Of a stretch of 26,663 nucleotides of DNA, positions 17,189-23,881 are shown piece by piece (position 1 is the stretch's first letter; the number at the start of each line of letters is the position of its first letter). The stretch covers positions 83,092 through 109,754 of the IMG/VR virus record IMGVR_UViG_3300033156_000141. One strand, 5' to 3'. The stretch is from a virus (Duplodnaviria > Heunggongvirae > Uroviricota > Caudoviricetes). The position numbers and the translations under genes are program-made. The notes under the pieces were generated by a model that was given only the letters and a program-made list of their open reading frames with translations, was not told the DNA's origin and did not search any database.

Positions 17189-17826
17189 GTAAGTCTAGTC
17201 CTCCTAAGAGTCATTTCTGAATGTGTCTTCTTAATATGATTCTTACTCTTTACTAATGACATTATATGATAGTAGTTGTTGAGATACTCATTGTATGGTT
17301 TTGTATAATATCTGAATCTTACTGGACCTCTTACAACAGACTCTGGTACAGTAGTGAATTTCTTTATACAAAATAGATAAGCTGTTAACCATGAGCAAGC
17401 TACTTTAACTAGATCCCAGTTAATGTCCTCTTCCAATGTATAGGCATAATCAACTGTTATCTTCTCTATAGATGTTGAAGGAGCACTCTGTAGTACTATC
17501 TTGCCATTTCTGGGATAAATAGTGCTTACAGGAACTGTACTCTTAGTGCTTGGATCACTTTCATCAGTCCAAGTATACACTGTTACATCGGAGCCTGTAA
17601 CTTGCTTATCTCCATCAACATCAGCTATTGGATAGTTATATACTGTAAAAGTAGTATTAGTTCCATTTATTACACCAGAAGGTTCTTCATCTATAACACT
17701 AATAGTCAAATCCTCTATTATCATATCAGTAGCTAGATTTATTAACTCTGTAAGATCAGCATCACTTACATCAATAGTCGTTAAACCAGTTAAAGTCCTA
17801 ACTTCACTTGTTGATGCATATCCCAT
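17185..17826 (-). CDS. Head-tail connector/adaptor (gp6/gp15-like) with an inserted beta-domain
   Basis: MGYASTSEVRTLTG...SDADLTELINLATDMI and later LVKVACSWLTAY helices flanking an ~85-aa insertion. First gene after the capsid. GGTGAG RBS. Confidence 0.65.
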   Translation of the reverse strand: MGYASTSEVRTLTGLTTIDVSDADLTELINLATDMIIEDLTISVIDEEPSGVINGTNTTFTVYNYPIADVDGDKQVTGSDVTVYTWTDESDPSTKSTVPVSTIYPRNGKIVLQSAPSTSIEKITVDYAYTLEEDINWDLVKVACSWLTAYLFCIKKFTTVPESVVRGPVRFRYYTKPYNEYLNNYYHIMSLVKSKNHIKKTHSEMTLRRTRLT

Positions 17827-17880
17827 TTAATTCTCACCACTAAATAATGATAGTACTCTCTAATATTTTAATACTATGAC

Positions 17881-17929
17881 AAAAACTATAAAGAACGCCT
17901 ATTATCTCAGACCTAACGAGATAATAGGC
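17881..17929 (-). terminator. Stem-loop terminator/attenuator downstream of the major capsid gene
   Basis: Perfect 12-bp inverted repeat GCCTATTATCTC (17897-17908) / GAGATAATAGGC (17918-17929) with 9-nt loop, followed on the minus strand by GTTCTTTATAGTTTTT. Confidence 0.72.
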
Positions 17930-17959
17930 AACTTATCTTACAATCTAGGAGCTAGCTGC

Positions 17960-19021
17960 TTAAGAAGCTGGATACGTAGAGTCTGAGTTAGCTGCATTCA
18001 CCACAGCTGCTACTGCATAGTCGTCAACCACACCAAAGTCTCTCTCAGCCCAGAAGTAGTAGAACACTGAGTCAAGATCAGGCTTGTCTTCTCTTGTACC
18101 TTCTAGCTCTCTCTTTCTAACATCGTATCCAAGTCTCTTGGTGTCAACCAGTATAGCACATCCTTCAGGAGCACCAGTAGACATCACAACTTTCATACCA
18201 AAGAGCTTACCAAGTTCACCATTGAGAAGAGGTTCTCTTCCACCATACTGAGAAGCATCCACAAGCTTGACATGAGAGTCAAAGAACAGTGTCGTAGTGT
18301 CAACTGGATTGATAATCACAACATCAGGATCTCTGTATTGACCAATCATTTTAGCTCTTGCTCTAAGTATGTCTTTAGGTGACAGACTACCAGCTGAGGA
18401 AGCTCCAACCCAGAGTGTAGTTGACTTGAGCCTATTAGCATAAGTATAAACCACTGTAGCAGCTGACACTGAACCAGTTAATATAACACTTCCTTCATCG
18501 TACTTGACACTTTCTATGGTAGCTCCAGACACAGATGTAATGCTAATTATAGGTGCAGTTGCAGCTCCTATAGATCCACCAGTCCATGAAGTGATAGTGT
18601 CACTCTTCAAATCAAGAAGAACAGTCTGAGCACGAGCATCAACAGCTTCTGCATATTCAAGACCAGCTTCATAGATGTGATCTTGAATAACGTCTCTAAG
18701 AGCCATCTCAAGAGCTTCATTAGTGAATTGCAGCTGAATACCGACTTTCTGAACAGCAATAGTTACTGAGTCATATGAGAATGAGCTAGGAGACACAGAA
18801 GATCCAGGAGAAACTCCCCAAGTAACAGATATACCAGTAGATTTCTTAGGAAAGACTATTTCTCTAGGTTTATTAGCTCCAACAAGATCTCTGTTTATCT
18901 TAAAGAGCTGAGCAAATACATTAGTCTGTCTTGCAACCTCTTCTATAGAGTCAGCTATAGCTTTAGCTGTGATTGCAGCTACATCTGCTGTACCAACAGC
19001 TAGCTCTGCTATGTTTTTCAT
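17960..19021 (-). CDS. Major capsid protein (HK97-like fold)
   Basis: 353 aa. E-loop-like IVFPKKSTGISVTWGVSPG...SYDSVTIAVQKVGIQLQFTNEALE, spine helix IQDHIYEAGLEYAEAVDARA, A-domain DVVIINP...LLNGELGKLFGMKVVMS, C-terminal WAERDFGVVDDYAVA. GAGGTGA RBS. Confidence 0.87.
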   Translation of the reverse strand: MKNIAELAVGTADVAAITAKAIADSIEEVARQTNVFAQLFKINRDLVGANKPREIVFPKKSTGISVTWGVSPGSSVSPSSFSYDSVTIAVQKVGIQLQFTNEALEMALRDVIQDHIYEAGLEYAEAVDARAQTVLLDLKSDTITSWTGGSIGAATAPIISITSVSGATIESVKYDEGSVILTGSVSAATVVYTYANRLKSTTLWVGASSAGSLSPKDILRARAKMIGQYRDPDVVIINPVDTTTLFFDSHVKLVDASQYGGREPLLNGELGKLFGMKVVMSTGAPEGCAILVDTKRLGYDVRKRELEGTREDKPDLDSVFYYFWAERDFGVVDDYAVAAVVNAANSDSTYPAS

Positions 19022-19060
19022 TCTTTATTTCACCTCTATCTATTAATAAGTACAAATAGT

Positions 19061-19079
19061 GCTATATAAAGCTTAAATA
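19061..19079. promoter_or_regulatory. Candidate divergent TATA region between the capsid gene and the ligase polyprotein gene
   Basis: GCTATATAAAGCTTAAATA reads TTTATATA on the minus strand about 40 nt before the capsid ATG, and TATATAAA/TTAAATA on the plus strand 50-65 nt before 19130. Confidence 0.45.
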
Positions 19080-19129
19080 ACATGTATTACAATCATTAAA
19101 TATGTGTAGTAATGTAGGGAGGAATTACA

Positions 19130-22100
19130 ATTAAAATCAAATTTCTAGGAACACGTGGATACGTAGATAATTTCTCTAAAATACATAAGAATAGATCATC
19201 AATTCTGGTAATTACGGATAAAACAAGATTGTTAGTTGATTTTGGAGATTTGTATGAAGCTGAACAATTTCCAGAGTGTGATGCTGTAATAGTATCACAT
19301 TGTTACGATGATCAAACAGAAATTTTAACAGAGAACGGTTGGAAGCTATTTAAGAATTTGGAAAAGAATGAGAAGGTAGCTACTCTTTCTCAGGATGGAT
19401 ATCTAGAATTTCAATTACCGACTGAGTATATAGAACAGGATTATAATGGACTAATGTACGTACTAAAAACAAAGTATTTAGATCTTTGTGTTACCCCAAA
19501 TCATAAATTATACGTTAAGATGCCAGAGAAAAACAATGGTAAGAGAGGAAAAGAAGGTATAAGTTCTTCATTCAGGCTTGTTGAGGCAAGAGAAGCTTTT
19601 GGACGCTACAAAACATTTTTGAAAACTGCAAAATGGAAAGGAAAGGAACTTGAAGAATTTATCTTACCAAGATATTTTGATTCATATCATAAAAAAGAGT
19701 ATTCAGAGAAAAGAATTCCGATTGTTCCTTTTCTTAGATTATTAGGATGGTATATTGCCGAAGGGTGCTCAACTAAATGGACTGTTCAAATTACTCAATA
19801 TAATGAAAGAAATAGAGAAAATATTAAACAAATAATTAAAGCATGTGGATTTGAATCTAAAGAATATGGTTCTTGTATTACAATACACAATGTTCAATTA
19901 GCAAGTTATTTGAATCAATTTGGTAGTTATGCATGGGAGAAACGAGTACCCGAGTTTATTAAGGATTTAACTCCTGTGTTGATAAAAGAATTTTTAGATT
20001 CTCTTTTTAGTGGAGATGGTTGGAAACATAAAAATTGCAGAAGACTTGTCACTTCATCGAAGAAGCTGATTGATGATGTACAAGAGCTTTTGATCAGGAT
20101 AGGATCATCTGGAAACATTGCAGTTATTCCAGAACATTCATCATTTAACGGAAAGTATTTAACCAAAACCTCTTACAAGATAACCTGGATGAAAAAATAT
20201 ATCGAAGTCAGAGATCGTCACAGAACACTTGGCTTAGCTAAAGGCTCAGTAGAAGAATTTCAGGAGTATAATGGAAAGATTTATTGTGTTAATGTTCCAA
20301 ATCATGTTATTTTGGTTAGACGAAATGGAAAACCAGTCTGGTGTGGTAATAGCCATCCTGATCATCTATTTGGACTAGAAAAGATAGTAACTAAAGTACC
20401 AGTATATCTATCTGAACTTACTCTTAATTCAGAGTATTATGATGAAGATAAATATGAACACTTAGATAGAAAGAAGTACTCTATCAAGAGAGCCTTCACA
20501 ATAGGAGATTTAAAAATAAAAGCAGTTCCAATATTACATTCGACTAAAGCTCCGAATGTTGCATTGTTCATAGAAGATAGTAAAGGATTCAAAATATGCT
20601 ATGCATCGGATGTTGTGTCTATTAAGAAGGAATATAGAGATAGATATCTCAAAGGAACTCACATATACATTGGAGATATGAGTACTCATGAGAAAGGAGG
20701 ATTAGTAAGAAAATCTAAGAAAGAAGATATTCCAATAGGACATGCAGATATTCGTACACAGCTTGCTTGGTGTAGAGATGCAGGTGTAAGAGTTTGCATC
20801 TTTACGCATCTTGGTACTAAACCTATCAAACTAGGAAATCGTAAATTAAGAGAGTATATTAAGCCGTTAGAACAAGAATATAATGTAAAGATAATAGTTG
20901 CTAATGATAATGATGAATTTGATGTGGAGGATTTAATTACTATGAGTGAGAGAGAAATGTTACAGCTCAAGCCTAAGGATGTAGAACCAATTACACCTAA
21001 GGAGTTTCCCAAAGAGCCAAAAGCTGGACTATATCTAACAGAACCACATGGAGAACTTATATGGAAAGGTAAGAAAACACTAATAGTTAAACATCGTAAG
21101 TTTGAGAAATATATCGATGAACCACTGTATCTTATTTCTGGTGATCTATGTTATGGAGTGATTTGGCTAAAAGAACCTAAGAAAATAACTAAAGAAGAAT
21201 TTGATAAGCTAAGAGATCAACATATGATAACAGAAGAGGAATATGAGGAGTGGGATTGGTCTGAACCATTATATGCTTATGAATTTATGTTCAAGCCATT
21301 TCCAGCTCCTAAACCAGTAAGAATACCAAAAGGTATTCAAACATTTGTTAGAGCTGAGAATATAGAATTTATCAAACCAAATCAGATGACAAATGAAGAG
21401 CTTGAAAAGTATCATGCTTTCTATCATTCATGTGCAGAATTATTTTCACCATGTTGTGAAGCACACTTTATAATAGCAAATGAAATGCTAGATAGAGGTA
21501 TGATCCATCTGTCTAGAACAGTTTGTGATAGAGTTGTTTATTTGATCAGAGAATCAGTTGAAGATTATATCAAGAATATAAAGAATGTAGATGATAGACC
21601 TCTAGGTGATGACTGGAGAATAGTATTAGCTTGGTATTCTTCACTTAAAGAAGGCAAGACTCTTAAAAGAAAGGATGGTACTCCAATTACTATAGATGAT
21701 ACCAAGAAGCTTGGACTAGCTATTGTTAAAGAAATGATTAGAAGACATGGGGAGTACAAGAAGAAAGGAATCACTAAGTTTACATTTAACAAACCAGAGA
21801 CATACAAGAAATATGCTAGAGAGCTTTTTGAATGGATTGTTAAGCAGATAGGAGAAGATAAGATTCCTTGGAAGGAAGAACAATCACTATTCTCTCTTCC
21901 AGCTGGTATGACAATAGATGATATTGATCCACAGTTTGTTATAACTCTCACTAATGAAGAGTTGATATCTCTATGGAAAATGTTGGTTAATATAGCAGAA
22001 CATTCAGCTCAGACTCCAGAAGAGATTCCAGAAAATATTCACAATGCAGGTGTGTTTGTAGGTATAGAAATGTACAAAAGAGGTCTTTGGGAAGAATATA

Positions 22101-23881
22101 GAGGAGAGAACATTCTTGAACAAGCTGTAGAGCTTGAGGTTATGGAATATAAGACTCCTAAAGGTACTTTTCAATCTAAAGAAATACCAGAACCAGAAGG
22201 AGATTATATCTATCTAGAAGATGTGGTGAAAGCACTACCAGTCCATATTACATTATCTGGTGAACCTTATGACATGTATTTAGCTGGTAGAGTTGTTAAT
22301 GAAGGAAAGATTCCAAAAGATCATGACATTGATATAATTATCAAAGGAGAACCAGATCCAAGAATTGTTAAAGCTCTTAAATCAATTTCTCCAAAATGGT
22401 TAGCTAAGAGAATTCATCCAGTATTTGATAAATATGGTCCATTGATTGGTTATTCTCTCAATGTCTATAGAAAAGGATTCTTCAAGATACCCTATACTGA
22501 AATGATTAGAGGATTTGGACCATTTAGATTTGAACATCTAGCTAAAGAAGTAAAGATAGGAAAGCCTATAGTTGGAGCTAAGCCAAAGTCTGGATTTGAA
22601 AAATATGAATTCTGGGACCCTAAGGAGATGTACAAAGAATGGGCTAAGCAATACATAGATGAAGGGATCTTTGTACAGGAGAAAGTTGATGGTAGAAGAA
22701 TGCATCTACACGTGGACAAAGAAAAGGACTTTATCAAAATATTTACAGAGGACAGACAAAGAGACCGATCTAAACAATTTCCAAATATTGTTAAAGAGAT
22801 TATGGATAAACTAAATTGCAAGAGCTGTGTTCTTGATGGAGAAATGGTAGCTTTTGAAATTCCAGCTAATGTTACAGTAAAGTCTGCCAAAGTAAAGAGA
22901 AACAACTACGATCTTATGGAACGAGAAGATACAGCTCAAATAACAGTAGGCAAAGTATCTCCAGAATTTGAAGACAAAATAGTCTATGTCTTCTACGATA
23001 TAATGTATCTAGATGGTGAATCAATTGTAGACAAACCATATTCTGAAAGATTCAAGCTTTTGCAAAGAGTTGTACCAAAGAATGCTAGATATCTGGATTT
23101 AGTAAAGACAGAGTTTGCTGATAATCCAAGAGAATTTCTAAGAGCTGTAGAAAAGATGAGAAGAGTGAATGGTTCAGAAGGCGTAGTTGCTAAGGCAGCT
23201 AGCATGACATATCCTGTAAAATACAAAGGAGAGAATCGAACTGAGAAAATGTGCAAGCTCAAGAATCTAAAAGAAATAGATGTCATGGTATGGGATGTTG
23301 TAGAGAAGAAGAGAAAAGAGACTGGTGAACCACTTGGTAACTATATGTATGTCTCTGTTTTCTTGATTCCTGAAGACAAGGTAGATGACTTTCCGAAAAA
23401 CAAAGTTGTGGAATACAAAGGCAAGCATTATGCAATCATAGGTAGAAGCTATGCTACTGATGTAAAATGCAAGAGAGGAGACATTATCACAGTTATGCCT
23501 ATAAGAATTAGAGAATACAAAACTAAAGATGGCAAGAGATTTTTCACTTGGATGTTTCCTTACTTCAAAGAGAAACGGACAGATAAGAAAGAACCAGATA
23601 CTTTAACAACAGTAGAGAGAATAGCTAAGCTCGGAACTAGACCAGCTGAGCTTTCAAAAGAGATAGTAATAGATCTAGAGCTTTGTCCATTTAGTGAAGA
23701 TAAGTCTGTGTGTCCATTGAAAATGATATTTGGTAAGCCTAGATACGATGAACTAACAAAGCTAAAGATTCAATACTTGAGATTCCCAGTGGCTTGTCCA
23801 ATAGCTAGTGTATATAGATGTGTCTTTCTCAAGTCATATTATTACGGATATAAAGAATTTGAAAGGAGGTCATTTGAATGA
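19130..23881 (+). CDS. Multidomain protein: metallo-beta-lactamase-fold hydrolase (intein-split), ASCH-like domain, helical repeats, nucleotidyltransferase-like domain, ATP-dependent DNA ligase, Cys-rich tail (1583 aa precursor; 1233 aa if spliced)
   Basis: Frame open from 19118; likely ATT start giving (M)KIKFLGTRG. Spliced HSHPDH, VPILHS, YASD, GHAD, THLG (MBL). GLYLTEPHGELIWKGKKT...YAYEF (ASCH, ~21026-21352). YLAGRVVNEG...DIDIII (~22274-22345). Ligase motifs QEKVDG (Lys at 22682), LDGEMV, VFYDIMYLDG, EGVVAK, CKLK and an OB-like DVMVWDV. Confidence 0.85.
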   Translation: MKIKFLGTRGYVDNFSKIHKNRSSILVITDKTRLLVDFGDLYEAEQFPECDAVIVSHCYDDQTEILTENGWKLFKNLEKNEKVATLSQDGYLEFQLPTEYIEQDYNGLMYVLKTKYLDLCVTPNHKLYVKMPEKNNGKRGKEGISSSFRLVEAREAFGRYKTFLKTAKWKGKELEEFILPRYFDSYHKKEYSEKRIPIVPFLRLLGWYIAEGCSTKWTVQITQYNERNRENIKQIIKACGFESKEYGSCITIHNVQLASYLNQFGSYAWEKRVPEFIKDLTPVLIKEFLDSLFSGDGWKHKNCRRLVTSSKKLIDDVQELLIRIGSSGNIAVIPEHSSFNGKYLTKTSYKITWMKKYIEVRDRHRTLGLAKGSVEEFQEYNGKIYCVNVPNHVILVRRNGKPVWCGNSHPDHLFGLEKIVTKVPVYLSELTLNSEYYDEDKYEHLDRKKYSIKRAFTIGDLKIKAVPILHSTKAPNVALFIEDSKGFKICYASDVVSIKKEYRDRYLKGTHIYIGDMSTHEKGGLVRKSKKEDIPIGHADIRTQLAWCRDAGVRVCIFTHLGTKPIKLGNRKLREYIKPLEQEYNVKIIVANDNDEFDVEDLITMSEREMLQLKPKDVEPITPKEFPKEPKAGLYLTEPHGELIWKGKKTLIVKHRKFEKYIDEPLYLISGDLCYGVIWLKEPKKITKEEFDKLRDQHMITEEEYEEWDWSEPLYAYEFMFKPFPAPKPVRIPKGIQTFVRAENIEFIKPNQMTNEELEKYHAFYHSCAELFSPCCEAHFIIANEMLDRGMIHLSRTVCDRVVYLIRESVEDYIKNIKNVDDRPLGDDWRIVLAWYSSLKEGKTLKRKDGTPITIDDTKKLGLAIVKEMIRRHGEYKKKGITKFTFNKPETYKKYARELFEWIVKQIGEDKIPWKEEQSLFSLPAGMTIDDIDPQFVITLTNEELISLWKMLVNIAEHSAQTPEEIPENIHNAGVFVGIEMYKRGLWEEYRGENILEQAVELEVMEYKTPKGTFQSKEIPEPEGDYIYLEDVVKALPVHITLSGEPYDMYLAGRVVNEGKIPKDHDIDIIIKGEPDPRIVKALKSISPKWLAKRIHPVFDKYGPLIGYSLNVYRKGFFKIPYTEMIRGFGPFRFEHLAKEVKIGKPIVGAKPKSGFEKYEFWDPKEMYKEWAKQYIDEGIFVQEKVDGRRMHLHVDKEKDFIKIFTEDRQRDRSKQFPNIVKEIMDKLNCKSCVLDGEMVAFEIPANVTVKSAKVKRNNYDLMEREDTAQITVGKVSPEFEDKIVYVFYDIMYLDGESIVDKPYSERFKLLQRVVPKNARYLDLVKTEFADNPREFLRAVEKMRRVNGSEGVVAKAASMTYPVKYKGENRTEKMCKLKNLKEIDVMVWDVVEKKRKETGEPLGNYMYVSVFLIPEDKVDDFPKNKVVEYKGKHYAIIGRSYATDVKCKRGDIITVMPIRIREYKTKDGKRFFTWMFPYFKEKRTDKKEPDTLTTVERIAKLGTRPAELSKEIVIDLELCPFSEDKSVCPLKMIFGKPRYDELTKLKIQYLRFPVACPIASVYRCVFLKSYYYGYKEFERRSFE
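19301..20350 (+). mobile_element. Intein (350 aa) with LAGLIDADG homing endonuclease
   Basis: Begins CYDDQTEILTENGWK; block B CVTPNHKLYV; LAGLIDADG-like LLGWYIAEG and FLDSLFSGDG; ends YCVNVPNHVILVRRNGKPVWCGN followed by Ser+1. Confidence 0.93.
21386..22090 (+). repeat. Two diverged copies of a ~40-50 aa helical module inside the ligase polyprotein
   Basis: 21386-21508 MTNEELEKYH...AHFIIANEMLDRGMIH versus 21947-22090 LTNEELISLW...NAGVFVGIEMYKRGLW; shared TNEEL and EMxxRG. Protein-level similarity only. Confidence 0.6.

Noticed and set aside
17848-17878. Second inverted repeat ATAGTA...TACTAT upstream of the connector gene
   Set aside because: Only 6 bp, AT-rich, long loop; expected by chance.
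15480-19130. Invertible segment flanked by inverted repeats explaining the minus-strand head block
   Set aside because: No matching inverted repeats seen at the two junctions by eye, and no recombinase in the window.
19229-19231. Track start (TTG) for the 1550-aa ORF
   Set aside because: No RBS, and it would remove the conserved N-terminal MBL strands encoded in frame upstream.
22560-23640. Ligase as an RNA ligase or capping enzyme
   Set aside because: Motif spacing and an OB-like segment right after motif V (KLKNLKEIDVMVWDV) fit ATP-dependent DNA ligases better. RNA activity is not excluded but is unsupported.
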